Shown: piece after piece, positions 36,956-51,600 of the stretch
How the letters are laid out: every line of letters starts with the position of its first letter
Position numbering within the stretch: position 1 is the stretch's first letter
Source: Lingula anatina
Taxonomy: Eukaryota; Animalia; Brachiopoda
Assembly (NCBI GenBank): GCA_051362555.1
Contig: CM120646.1
Span: 9,610,001 to 9,674,000 of the forward strand
DNA length: 64,000 nucleotides
Direction of reading: 5' to 3'
The notes under the pieces: model-generated
What the model saw: the letters and a program-made list of their open reading frames with translations, nothing else
Databases searched by the model: none
Told to the model about the DNA's origin: nothing
Program-made: the position numbers and the translations under genes

Positions 36956-39900
36956 TTGTTCTTTTTCCAGGTGACCTTTTCCATACAGCGTGATGGCTTT
37001 TTTGGTGAACTGATTCTTCCTGTCTGGTCAGGGCTAATTCCTATAGAAAAAACAGACAGCAAAAGACAACAGCAAGAGCAATGCTATGTCTCATCCATGT
37101 GTACAATATATGGTGTATGGCAAGTTTTAGGACATTGTCAAATGGTGTGCTAAACCTCAATTCCAGAAACCGATTGTAAGGAGGAATCTGCATCTGGTAT
37201 TGGTAGTAAGGAGATGTCTTAAATGGGTATATATTCTTTTCCAGAGGAAAATTATGGGTAATTTGTCACCTCTTACACAAACAAACTCAAATCATAATAT
37301 TTGATGTTTAATGTGAGTCTAATTACATGTTGTGAAATTGAAAAAAAAATATTTTAGATAATTCACACTCTTCGCATACAAAATGTCAAACAACTACAAT
37401 TCTGTCACACACACTGTCAACTGTTAAACTTATCACAGATTTTTGTTATTGTTAAGCATCATCTCTCCAAATTTCACAAATATTGAACTTGTTTTCTGAA
37501 AATTATTAACGTTTAACTATTTTAAGGCACCGCCTTTTGCAGTCTTCTCAGTGTCATTTTCAGTTTTCTCAAATTTATTGTCCAAAAAAATCTTTTTAAT
37601 GAGACACAGTCAACTGATGAGCTTATCACAGATTTTTATTGTTGTTATGCATCATCTGTCCAAATTTCACAAATATTAGACAAGATTTGTGAAAATTATT
37701 AACGTTTAACTATTTTAGTGCACCACATTTTGCAGCTTATCACAGATTTTTATTGTTATTATGCATCATCTATCCAAATTTCACAAATATTAGACAAGAT
37801 TTGTGAAAATTATTAAGGTTTAACTATTTTAAGCCATGGAATTTTGCAGTCTTTGCAATGTCATTTTCAGTTTTTTCACATTTATATGCTCTGAACATTC
37901 CTTTTCATGAGACACATTCAACTGATGAGCTTATCACAGATTTTTATTATAGTTAAGCATCATCTGTCCAAATTCCACAAATATTGGACAAGCTTTGTGA
38001 AAATTATTAACATTTAACTATTTTAAGGCACCGCATTTGGCAGTCTTTTCAATGTCATTTTCAGTATTTCTCAAATTTATATGTTCTGAAAATATCCTTT
38101 TTATTTGATGTAGTCAACTGTTTAGGTTAAGTTTATCAAAATTTTTGTTCAACTATTTAAGTGTGGGAAATTTGTCAGTTTTTAGAATTTAGTTTTCACT
38201 TTTATCAAACATATTGTTCTTTTTCCAGGTGACCTTTTCCATACAGCGTGATGGCTTTTTTGGTGAACTGATTCTTCCTGTCTGGTCAAGGCTAATTCCT
38301 ATAGAAAAAACAGACAGCAAAAGACAACAGCAAGAGCAATGCTATGTCTCATCCATGTGTACAATATATGGTGTATGGCAAGTTTTAGGACATTGTCAAA
38401 TGGTGTGCTAAACCTCAATTCCAGAAACCGATTGTAAGGAGGAATCTGCATCTGGTATTGGTAGTAAGGAGATGTCTTAAATGGGTATATATTCTTTTCC
38501 AGAGGAAAATTATGGGTAATTTGTCACCTCTTACACAAACAAACTCAAATCATAATATTTGATGTTTAATGTGAGTCTACTTAGATGTTGTGAAATTGAA
38601 AAAAAAAATATTGTAGATAATTCTCACTCTTCGCATACAAAATGTCAAACAACTACAATTCTAACACACACTGTCAACTGTTCAACTTATCACAGATTTT
38701 TGTTATTGTTAAGCATCATCTCTCCAAATTTCACAAATATTGAACAAGTTTTGTGAAAATTATTAACGTTTAACTATTTTAAGGCACCGCCTTTTGTAGT
38801 CTTCTCAGTGTTATTTTCAATTTTCTCAAATTTATTGTCCAAAAAAATCTTTTTAATGAGACACAGTCAACTGATGAGCTTATCACAGATTTTTATTGTT
38901 GTTATGCATTATCTATCCAAATTTCACAAATATTAGACAAGATTTGTGAAAATTATTAACGTTTAACTATTTTAAGCCATGGAATTTTGCAGTCTTTGCA
39001 ATGTCATTTTCAGTTTTTTCACATTTATATGCTCTGAAAATTCTTTTTCATGAGACACATTCAACTGATGAGCTTATCACAGATTTTAATTATTGTTAAG
39101 CATCATCTCTCCAAATTCCACAAATATTGGACAAGATTTGTGAAAAATATTTATGTTTAACTATTTTATACCATGGAATTTGGCAGTCTTTTCAGTGTCA
39201 TTTTCAGTTTTGTCACATTTATATGCTCTGAAAATTCTTTTTCATGAGACACATTCAACGGATGAGCTTATCACAGATTTTTATTATTGTTATGCATCAT
39301 CTCTCCAAATTTCACAAATATTGAACAAGATTTGTGAAAATTATTAATGTTTAACTATTTTAAGGCACCACATTTTGCAGTCTTTTCAATGTCATTTTCA
39401 GTTTTCTCAATTTTATTGTCCAAAAAAACTTTTTCATGAGACACGGTCAACTGATGGGCTTATCACAGATTTTTATTGTTATTATGCATCATCTATCCAA
39501 ATTTCACAAATATTAGACAAGATTTGTGAAAATTATTAACATTTAACTATTTTAAGCCATGGAATGTGGCAGTCGTTTCAGTGTTATTTTCAGGTTTCTC
39601 AAATTTATTGTCCGAAAAAAAAAACTTTTTCATGAGACACAGTCAACTGATGAGCTTATCATAGATTTTTATTGTTATTATGCATCATGTATCCAAATTT
39701 CACAAATATTAGACAAGATTTGTGAAAATTATTAACGTTTAACTATTTTAAGCCATGGAATTTGGCAGTCGTTTCAGTGTTATTTTCAGTTTTCTCAAAT
39801 TTATTGTCCAAAAAAAAAAAAACTTTTTCATGAGACACAGTCAACTGATGAGCTTATCACAGATTTTTATTGTTGTTATGCATCATTTATCCAAATTTCA

Positions 39901-42900
39901 CAAATATTAGACAAGATTTGTGAAAATTATTAAAATTTAACTATTTTAAGGCACCGCATTTGGCAGTCTTTTCAATGTCATTTTAAGTATTTCTCAAATT
40001 TATATGTTCTGAAAATATCCTTTTTATTTGACATAGTCAACTGTTTAGGTTAAGTTTATCAAAATTATTGTTCAACTATTTAAGTGTGGGAAATTTGTTA
40101 ATTTTTAGAATTTAATTTTCACTTTTATCAAACATATTGTTCTTTTTCCAGGTGACCTTTTCCATACAGCATGATCTCTTTTTTGTTGAACTGATTCTTC
40201 CTGTCTGGTCAGGGCTAATTCCTATAGAAAAAACAGACAGTGAAAGGCAATAGCAAGAGCAATGCTATGTCTCATCCATGTGTACAATAGATGGCATATG
40301 GCAAGTTTAAGGACATTGTCAAATGGTGTGCTAAACCCTATTCCAGAAACCGATTGTAAGGAGGAATCTGCATCTGGTATTGGTAGCAAGGAGATGTCTT
40401 AAATGGGTATATATTCTTTTCCAGAGGCAAATTATGGGTAATTTGTCACCTCTTACACAAACAAACTCAAATCATAATATTTGATGTTTAATGTGAGTCT
40501 AATTACATGTTGTGAAATTGAAAAAAAAAAGTAGATAATTCTCACTCTTCGCATACAAAATGTCAAACAACTACAATTCTATCACATATTGTCAACTGTT
40601 AAGCTTATCACAGATTTTTGTTATTGCTAAGCATCATCTCTCCAAATTTCACAAATATTGAACAAGTTTTGTGAAAATTATTAATGTTTAACTATTTTAA
40701 GGCACCGCCTTTTGCAGTCTTCTCAGTGTTATTTTTAATTTTTTCAAACTTATTGTCCAAAAAAATCTTTTTAATGAGACACAGTCAACTGATGAGCTTA
40801 TCACAGATTTTTATTGTTGTTATGCATCATCTATCCAAATTTCACAAATATTAGACAAGATTTGTGAAAATTATTAACGTTTAACTATTTTAAGCCATGG
40901 AATTTTGCAGTCTTTGCAATGTCATTTTCAGTTTTTTCACATTTATATGCTCTGAAAATTCTTTTTCATGAGACACATTCAACTGATGAGCTTATCACAG
41001 ATTTTTATTATAGTTAAGCATCATCTCTCCAAATTCCACAAATATTGGACAAGCTTTGTGAAAATTATTAACATTAAATATTTTAAGGCAACGCATTTGG
41101 CAGTCTTTTCAATGTCATTTTCAGTATTTCTCAAATTTATATGTTCTGAAAATATCCTTTTTATTAGACATAGTCAACTGTTTAGGTTAAGTTTATCAAA
41201 ATTATTGTTCAACTATTTTAGTGTGGGAAATTTGTCAGTTTTTAGAATTTAGTTTTCACTTTTATCAAACATATTGTTCTTTTTCCAGGTGACCTTTTCC
41301 ATACAGCGTGATGGCTTTTTTGGTGAACTGATTCTTCCTGTCTGGTCAGGGCTAATTCCTATAGAAAAAACAGACAGCAAAAGACAACAGCAAGAGCAAT
41401 GCTATGTCTCATCCATGTGTACAATATATGGTGTATGGCAAGTTTTAGGACATTGTCAAATGGTGTGCTAAACCTCAATTCCAGAAACCGATTGTAAGGA
41501 GGAATCTGCATCTGGTATTGGTAGTAAGGAGATGTCTTAAATGGGTATATATTCTTTTCCAGAGGAAAATTATGTTTAATTTGTCACCTCTTACACAAAC
41601 AAACTCAAATCATAATATTTGATGTTTAATGTGAGTCTAATTAGATGTTATGAAATTGAAAAAAAAATATTTTAGATAATTCTCACTCTTCGCATACAAA
41701 ATGTCAAACAACTACAATTCTGTCACACACTGTCAACTGTTAAACTTATCACAGATTTTTGTTATTGTTAAGCATCATCTCTCCAAATTTCACAAATATT
41801 GAACTTGTTTTCTGAAAATTATTAACGTTTAACTATTTTAAGGCACCGCCTTTTGCAGTCTTCTCAGTGTCATTTTCAGTTTTCTCAAATTTATTGTCCA
41901 AAAAAATCTTTTTAATGAGACACAGTCAACTGATGAGCTTATCACAGATTTTTATTGTTGTTATGCATCATCTGTCCAAATTTCACAAATATTAGACAAG
42001 ATTTGTGAAAATTATTAACGTTTAACTATTTTAGTGCACCACATTTTGCAGCTTATCACAGATTTTTATTGTTATTATGCATCATCTATCCAAATTTCAC
42101 AAATATTAGACAAGATTTGTGAAAATTATTAAGGTTTAACTATTTTAAGCCATGGAATTTTGCAGTCTTTGCAATGTCATTTTCAGTTTTTTCACATTTA
42201 TATGCTCTGAACATTCCTTTTCATGAGACACATTCAACTGATGAGCTTATCACAGATTTTTATTATAGTTAAGCATCATCTGTCCAAATTCCACAAATAT
42301 TGGACAAGCTTTGTGAAAATTATTAACATTTAACTATTTTAAGGCACCGCATTTGGCAGTCTTTTCAATGTCATTTTCAGTATTTCTCAAATTTATATGT
42401 TCTGAAAATATCCTTTTTATTTGATGTAGTCAACTGTTTAGGTTAAGTTTATCAAAATTTTTGTTCAACTATTTAAGTGTGGGAAATTTGTCAGTTTTTA
42501 GAATTTAGTTTTCACTTTTATCAAACATATTGTTCTTTTTCCAGGTGACCTTTTCCATACAGCGTGATGGCTTTTTTGGTGAACTGATTCTTCCTGTCTG
42601 GTCAAGGCTAATTCCTATAGAAAAAACAGACAGCAAAAGACAACAGCAAGAGCAATGCTATGTCTCATCCATGTGTACAATATATGGTGTATGGCAAGTT
42701 TTAGGACATTGTCAAATGGTGTGCTAAACCTCAATTCCAGAAACCGATTGTAAGGAGGAATCTGCATCTGGTATTGGTAGTAAGGAGATGTCTTAAATGG
42801 GTATATATTCTTTTCCAGAGGAAAATTATGGGTAATTTGTCACCTCTTACACAAACAAACTCAAATCATAATATTTGATGTTTAATGTGAGTCTACTTAG

Positions 42901-45397
42901 ATGTTGTGAAATTGAAAAAAAAAATATTGTAGATAATTCTCACTCTTCGCATACAAAATGTCAAACAACTACAATTCTAACACACACTGTCAACTGTTAA
43001 ACTTATCACAGATTTTTGTTATTGTTAAGCATCATCTCTCCAAATTTCACAAATATTGAACAAGTTTTGTGAAAATTATTAACGTTTAACTATTTTAAGG
43101 CACCGCCTTTTGTAGTCTTCTCAGTGTTATTTTCAATTTTCTCAAATTTATTGTCCAAAAGAATCTTTTTAATGAGACACAGTCAACTGATGAGCTTATC
43201 ACAGATTTTTATTGTTGTTATGCATTATCTATCCAAATTTCACAAATATTAGACAAGATTTGTGAAAATTATTAACGTTTAACTATTTTAAGCCATGGAA
43301 TTTTGCAGTCTTTGCAATGTCATTTTCAGTTTTTTCACATTTATATGCTCTGAAAATTCTTTTTCATGAGACACATTCAACTGATGAGCTTATCACAGAT
43401 TTTAATTATTGTTAAGCATCATCTCTCCAAATTCCACAAATATTGGACAAGATTTGTGAAAAATATTTATGTTTAACTATTTTATACCATGGAATTTGGC
43501 AGTCTTTTCAGTGTCATTTTCAGTTTTGTCACATTTATATGCTCTGAAAATTCTTTTTCATGAGACACATTCAACGGATGAGCTTATCACAGATTTTTAT
43601 TATTGTTATGCATCATCTGTCCAAATTTCACAAATATTGAACAAGATTTGTGAAAATTATTAATGTTTAACTATTTTAAGGCACCACATTTTGCAGTCTT
43701 TTCAATGTCATTTTCAGTTTTCTCAATTTTATTGTCCAAAAAAACTTTTTCATGAGACACGGTCAACTGATGGGCTTATCACAGATTTTTATTGTTATTA
43801 TGCATCATCTATCCAAATTTCACAAATATTAGACAAGATTTGTGAAAATTATTAACATTTAACTATTTTAAGCCATGGAATGTGGCAGTCGTTTCAGTGT
43901 TATTTTCAGGTTTCTCAAATTTATTGTCCAAAAAAAAAACTTTTTCATGAGACACAGTCAACTGATGAGCTTATCATAGATTTTTATTGTTATTATGCAT
44001 CATGTATCCAAATTTCACAAATATTAGACAAGATTTGTGAAAATTATTAACGTTTAACTATTTTAAGCCATGGAATTTGGCAGTCGTTTCAGTGTTATTT
44101 TCAGTTTTCTCAAATTTATTGTCCAAAAAAAAAAAACTTTTTCATGAGACACAGTCAACTGATGAGCTTATCACAGATTTTTATTGTTGTTATGCATCAT
44201 TTATCCAAATTTCACAAATATTAGACAAGATTTGTGAAAATTATTAAAATTTAACTATTTTAAGGCACCGCATTTGGCAGTCTTTTCAATGTCATTTTAA
44301 GTATTTCTCAAATTTATATGTTCTGAAAATATCCTTTTTATTTGACATAGTCAACTGTTTAGGTTAAGTTTATCAAAATTATTGTTCAACTATTTAAGTG
44401 TGGGAAATTTGTTAATTTTTAGAATTTAATTTTCACTTTTGTCAAACATATTGTTCTTTTTCCAGGTGACCTTTTCCATACAGCATGATCTCTTTTTTGG
44501 TGAACTGATTCTTCCTGTCTGGTCAGGGCTAATTCCTATAGAAAAAACAGACAGTGAAAGGCAATAGCAAGAGCAATGCTATGTCTCATCCATGTGTACA
44601 ATAGATGGCATATGGCAAGTTTTAGGACATTGTCAAATGGTGTGCTAAACCCTATTCCAGAAACCGATTGTAAGGAGGAATCTGCATCTGGTATTGGTAG
44701 TAAGGAGATGTCTTAAATGGGTATATATTCTTTTCCAGAGGCAAATTATGGGTAATTTGTCACCTCTTACACAAACAAACTCAAATCATAATATTTGATG
44801 TTTAATGTGAGTCTACTTAGATGTTGTGAAATTGAAAAAAAAAATATTGTAGATAATTCTCACTCTTCGCATACAAAATGTCAAACAACTACAATTCTAT
44901 CACATACTGTCAACTGTTAAGCTTATCACAGATTTTTGTTATTGCTAAGCATCATCTGTCCAAATTTCACAAATATTGAACAAGTTTTGTGAAAATAATT
45001 AACGTTTAACTATTTTAAGGCACCGCCTTTTGCAGTCTTCTCAGTGTTATTTTTAATTTTCTCAAATTTATTGTCCAAAAAAATCTTTTTAATGAGACAC
45101 AGTTAACTGATGAGCTTATCACAGATTTTTATTGTTGTTATGCATCATCTATCCAAATTTCACAAATATTAGACAAGATTTGTGAAAATTATTAACATTA
45201 AATATTTTAAGGCACCGCATTTGGCAGTCTTTTCAATGTCGTTTTCAGTATTTCTCAAATTTATATGTTCTTAAAATATCCTTTTTATTAGACATAGTCA
45301 ACTGTTTAGGTTAAGTTTATCAAAATTATTGTTCAACTATTTTAGTGTGGGAAATTTGTCAATTTTTAGAATTTAGTTTTCACTTTTATCAAACATA
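36956..45397. repeat. Higher-order three-unit block (~4.3 kb) repeated in tandem, with a further copy at 23388-27700
   Basis: Unit lengths 1258/1923/1137 and 1256/1921/947, versus 1255/1919/1139 at 23388. Shared variants include TTGATGTAGTC, GAGACACGG, CAGGTTTCTC, CATTTTAAGT and a B-type third core. Confidence 0.9.
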
Positions 45398-48300
45398 TTG
45401 TTCTTTTTCCAGGTGACCTTTTCCATACAGCGTGATGGCTTTTTTGGTGAACTGATTCTTCCTGTCTGGTCAGGGCTAATTCCTATAGAAAAAACAGACA
45501 GCAAAAGACAACAGCAAGAGCAATGCTATGTCTCATCCATGTGTACAATATATGGTGTATGGCAAGTTTTAGGACATTGTCAAATGGTGTGTTAAACCTC
45601 AATTCCAGAAACCGATTGTAAGGAGGAATCTGCATCTGGTATTGGTAGTAAGGAGATGTCTTAAATGGGTATATATTCTTTTCCAGAGGAAAATCATGGG
45701 TAATTTGTCACCTCTTACACAAACAAACTCAAATCATAATATTTGATGTTTAATGTGAGTCTAATAAGATGTTGTGAAATTGAAAAAAAAAAGTAGATAA
45801 TTCTCACTCTTCGCATACAAAATGTCAAACAACTACAATTCTATCACATATTGTCAACTGTTAAGCTTATCACAGATTTTTGTTATTGCTAAGCATCATC
45901 TCTCCAAATTTCACAAATATTGAACAAGTTTTGTGAAAATTATTAATGTTTAACTATTTTAAGGCACCGCCTTTTGCAGTCTTCTCAGTGTTATTTTTAA
46001 TTTTTTCAAACTTATTGTCCAAAAAAATCTTTTTAATGAGACACAGTCAACTGATGAGCTTATCACAGATTTTTATTGTTATTATGCATCATGTATCCAA
46101 ATTTCACAAATATTAGACAAGATTTGTGAAAATTATTAACGTTTAACTATTTTAAGCCATGGAATTTGGCAGTCGTTTCAGTGTTATTTTCAGTTTTCTC
46201 AAATTTATTGTCCAAAAAAAAAAAACTTTTTCATGAGACACAGTCAACTGATGAGCTTATCACAGATTTTTATTGTTGTTATGCATCATTTATCCAAATT
46301 TCACAAATATTAGACAAGATTTGTGAAAATTATTAAAATTTAACTATTTTAAGGCACCGCATTTGGCAGTCTTTTCAATGTCATTTTAAGTATTTCTCAA
46401 ATTTATATGTTCTGAAAATATCCTTTTTATTTGACATAGTCAACTGTTTAGGTTAAGTTTATCAAAATTATTGTTCAACTATTTAAGTGTGGGAAATTTG
46501 TTAATTTTTAGAATTTAATTTTCACTTTTGTCAAACATATTGTTCTTTTTCCAGGTGACCTTTTCCATACAGCATGATCTCTTTTTTGGTGAACTGATTC
46601 TTCCTGTCTGGTCAGGGCTAATTCCTATAGAAAAAACAGACAGTGAAAGGCAATAGCAAGAGCAATGCTATGTCTCATCCATGTGTACAATAGATGGCAT
46701 ATGGCAAGTTTTAGGACATTGTCAAATGGTGTGCTAAACCCTATTCCAGAAACCGATTGTAAGGAGGAATCTGCATCTGGTATTGGTAGTAAGGAGATGT
46801 CTTAAATGGGTATATATTCTTTTCCAGAGGCAAATTATGGGTAATTTGTCACCTCTTACACAAACAAACTCAAATCATAATATTTGATGTTTAATGTGAG
46901 TCTACTTAGATGTTGTGAAATTGAAAAAAAAAATATTGTAGATAATTCTCACTCTTCGCATACAAAATGTCAAACAACTACAATTCTATCACATACTGTC
47001 AACTGTTAAGCTTATCACAGATTTTTGTTATTGCTAAGCATCATCTGTCCAAATTTCACAAATATTGAACAAGTTTTGTGAAAATAATTAACGTTTAACT
47101 ATTTTAAGGCACCGCCTTTTGCAGTCTTCTCAGTGTTATTTTTAATTTTCTCAAATTTATTGTCCAAAAAAATCTTTTTAATGAGACACAGTTAACTGAT
47201 GAGCTTATCACAGATTTTTATTGTTGTTATGCATCATCTATCCAAATTTCACAAATATTAGACAAGATTTGTGAAAATTATTAACATTAAATATTTTAAG
47301 GCACCGCATTTGGCAGTCTTTTCAATGTCGTTTTCAGTATTTCTCAAATTTATATGTTCTTAAAATATCCTTTTTATTAGACATAGTCAACTGTTTAGGT
47401 TAAGTTTATCAAAATTATTGTTCAACTATTTTAGTGTGGGAAATTTGTCAATTTTTAGAATTTAGTTTTCACTTTTATCAAACATATTGTTCTTTTTCCA
47501 GGTGACCTTTTCCATACAGCGTGATGGCTTTTTTGGTGAACTGATTCTTCCTGTCTGGTCAGGGCTAATTCCTATAGAAAAAACAGACAGCAAAAGACAA
47601 CAGCAAGAGCAATGCTATGTCTCATCCATGTGTACAATATATGGTGTATGGCAAGTTTTAGGACATTGTCAAATGGTGTGTTAAACCTCAATTCCAGAAA
47701 CCGATTGTAAGGAGGAATCTGCATCTGGTATTGGTAGTAAGGAGATGTCTTAAATGGGTATATATTCTTTTCCAGAGGAAAATCATGGGTAATTTGTCAC
47801 CTCTTACACAAACAAACTCAAATCATAATATTTGATGTTTAATGTGAGTCTAATAAGATGTTGTGAAATTGAAAAAAAAAAGTAGATAATTCTCACTCTT
47901 CGCATACAAAATGTCAAACAACTACAATTCTATCACATATTGTCAACTGTTAAGCTTATCACAGATTTTTGTTATTGCTAAGCATCATCTCTCCAAATTT
48001 CACAAATATTGAACAAGTTTTGTGAAAATTATTAATGTTTAACTATTTTAAGGCACCGCCTTTTGCAGTCTTCTCAGTGTTATTTTTAATTTTTTCAAAC
48101 TTATTGTCCAAAAAAATCTTTTTAATGAGACACAGTCAACTGATGAGCTTATCACAGATTTTTATTGTTGTTATGCATCATCTATCCAAATTTCACAAAT
48201 ATTAGACAAGATTTGTGAAAATTATTAACGTTTAACTATTTTAAGCCATGGAATTTTGCAGTCTTTGCAATGTCATTTTCAGTTTTTTCACATTTATATG

Positions 48301-48624
48301 CTCTGAAAATTCTTTTTCATGAGACACATTCAACTGATGAGCTTATCACAGATTTTTATTATAGTTAAGCATCATCTCTCCAAATTCCACAAATATTGGA
48401 CAAGCTTTGTGAAAATTATTAACATTAAATATTTTAAGGCACCGCATTTGGCAGTCTTTTCAATGTCATTTTCAGTATTTCTCAAATTTATATGTTCTGA
48501 AAATATCCTTTTTATTAGACATAGTCAACTGTTTAGGTTAAGTTTATCAAAATTATTGTTCAACTATTTTAGTGTGGGAAATTTGTCAGTTTTTAGAATT
48601 TAGTTTTCACTTTTATCAAACATA
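44451..48624. repeat. Higher-order two-unit tandem duplication (~2.09 kb)
   Basis: Unit lengths 947/1142 then 947/1138. Private variants CTTTTGTCAAAC and GTTCTTAAAAT occur in both copies. Confidence 0.9.
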
Positions 48625-51600
48625 TTGTTCTTTTTCCAGGTGACCTTTTCCATACAGCGTGATGGCTTTTTTGGTGAACTGATTCTTCCTGTCTGGTCAG
48701 GGCTAATTCCTATAGAAAAAACAGACAGCAAAAGACAACAGCAAGAGCAATGCTATGTCTCATCCATGTGTACAATATATGGTGTATGGCAAGTTTTAGG
48801 ACATTGTCAAATGGTGTGCTAAACATCAATTCCAGAAACCGATTTTAAGGAGGAATCTGCATCTGGTATTGGTAGTAAGGAGATGTCTTAAATGGGTATA
48901 TATTCTTTTCCAGAGGAAAATTATGTTTAATTTGTCACCTCTTACACAAACAAACTCAAATCATAATATTTGATGTTTAATGTGAGTCTAATTAGATGTT
49001 ATGAAATTGAAAAAAAAAATATTTTAGATAATTCTCACTCTTCGCATACAAAATGTCAAACAACTACAATTCTGTCACACACTGTCAACTGTTAAACTTA
49101 TCACAGATTTTTGTTATTGTTAAGCATCATCTCTCCAAATTTCACAAATATTGAACTTGTTTTCTGAAAATTATTAACGTTTAACTATTTTAAGCCATGG
49201 AATTTGGCAGTCGTTTCAGTGTTATTTTCAGTTTTCTCAAATTTATTGTCCTAAAAAAAACAAACTTTTTCATGAGACACAGTCAACGGATGAGCTTATC
49301 ACAGATTTTTATTGTTGTTATGCATCATTTATCCAAATTTCACAAATATTAGACAAGATTTGTGAAAATTATTAACGTTTAACTATTTTAGTGCACCACA
49401 TATTGCAGCTTATCACAGATTTTTATTGTTATTATGCATCATCTATCCAAATTTCACAAATATTAGACAAGATTTGTGAAAATTATTAACGTTTAACTAT
49501 TTTAAGCCATGGAATTTTGCAGTCTTTGCAATGTCATTTTCAGTTTTTGCACATTTATATGCTCTGAACATTCTTTTTCATGAGACACATTCAACTGATG
49601 AGCTTATCACAGATTTTTATTATAGTTAAGCATCATCTGTCCAAATTCCACAAATATTCGACAAGCTTTGTGAAAATTATTAACATTTAACTATTTTAAG
49701 GCACCGCATTTGGCAGTCTTTTCAATGTCATTTTCAGTATTTCTCAAATTTATATGTTCTGAAAATATCCTTTTTATTAGACATAGTCAACTGTTTAGGT
49801 TAAGTTTATCAAAATTATTGTTCAACTATTTGAGTGTGGGAAATTTGTCAATTTTTAGAATTTAGTTTTCACTTTTATCAAACATATTGTTCTTTTTCCA
49901 GGTGACCTTTTCCATACAGCGTGATGGCTTTTTTGGTGAACTGATTCTTCCTGTCTGGTCAGGGCTAATTCCTATAGAAAAAACAGACAGCAAAAGACAA
50001 CAGCAAGAGCAATGCTATGTCTCATCCATGTGTACAATATATGGTGTATGGCAAGTTTTAGGACATTGTCAAATGGTGTGTTAAACCTCAATTCCAGAAA
50101 CCGATTGTAAGGAGGAATCTGCATCTGGTATTGGTAGTAAGGAGATGTCTTAAATGGGTATATATTCTTTTCCAGAGGAAAATCATGGGTAATTTGTCAC
50201 CTCTTACACAAACAACCTCAAATCATAATATTTGATGTTTAATGTGAGTCTAATAAGATGTTGTGAAATTGAAAAAAAAAAGTAGATAATTCTCACTCTT
50301 CGCATACAAAATGTCAAACAACTACAATTCTATCACATATTGTCAACTGTTAAGCTTATCACAGATTTTTGTTATTGCTAAGCATCATCTCTCCAAATTT
50401 CACAAATATTGAACAAGTTTTGTGAAAATTATTAATGTTTAACTATTTTAAGGCACCGCCTTTTGCAGTCTTCTCAGTGTTATTTTTAATTTTTTCAAAC
50501 TTATTGTCCAAAAAAATCTTTTTAATGAGACACAGTCAACTGATGAGCTTATCACAGATTTTTATTGTTGTTATGCATCATCTATCCAAATTTCACAAAT
50601 ATTAGACAAGATTTGTGAAAATTATTAACGTTTAACTATTTTAAGCCATGGAATTTTGCAGTCTTTGCAATGTCATTTTCAGTTTTTGCACATTTATATG
50701 CTCTGAACATTCTTTTTCATGAGACACATTCAACTGATGAGCTTATCACAGATTTTTATTATAGTTAAGCATCATCTGTCGAAATTCCACAAATATTCGA
50801 CAAGCTTTGTGAAAATTATTAACATTTAACTATTTTAAGGCACCGCATTTGGCAGTCTTTTCAATGTCATTTTCAGTATTTCTCAAATTTATATGTTCTG
50901 AAAATATCCTTTTTATTAGACATAGTCAACTGTTTAGGTTAAGTTTATCAAAATTATTGTTCAACTATTTGAGTGTGGGAAATTTGTCAATTTTTAGAAT
51001 TTAGTTTTCACTTTTATCAAACATATTGTTCTTTTTCCAGGTGACCTTTTCCATACAGCGTGATGGCTTTTTTGGTGAACTGATTCTTCCTGTCTGGTCA
51101 GGGCTAATTCCTATAGAAAAAACAGACAGCAAAAGACAACAGCAAGAGCAATGCTATGTCTCATCCATGTGTACAATATATGGTGTATGGCAAGTTTTAG
51201 GACATTGTCAAATGGTGTGTTAAACCTCAATTCCAGAAACCGATTGTAAGGAGGAATCTGCATCTGGTATTGGTAGTAAGGAGATGTCTTAAATGGGTAT
51301 ATATTCTTTTCCAGAGGCAAATTATGGGTAATTTGTCACCTCTTACACAAACAAACTCAAATCATAATATTTGATGTTTAATGTGAGTCTAATTAGATGT
51401 TGTTAAATTGAAAAAAAAAAAAGTAGATAATTCTCACTCTTCGCATACAAAATGTCAAACAACTACAATTCTATCACATACTGTCAACTGTTAAGCTTAT
51501 CACAGATTTTTGTTATTGCTAAGCATCATCTCTCCAAATTTCACAAATATTGAACAAGTTTTGTGAAAATTATTAATGTTTAACTATTTTAAGGCACCGC

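Noticed and set aside
19210-48603. Monomer-derived ORFs (MRHIQLMSLSQ..., MFNYFIPWNL...)
   Set aside because: Chance open frames in particular monomer variants; closed in most copies.
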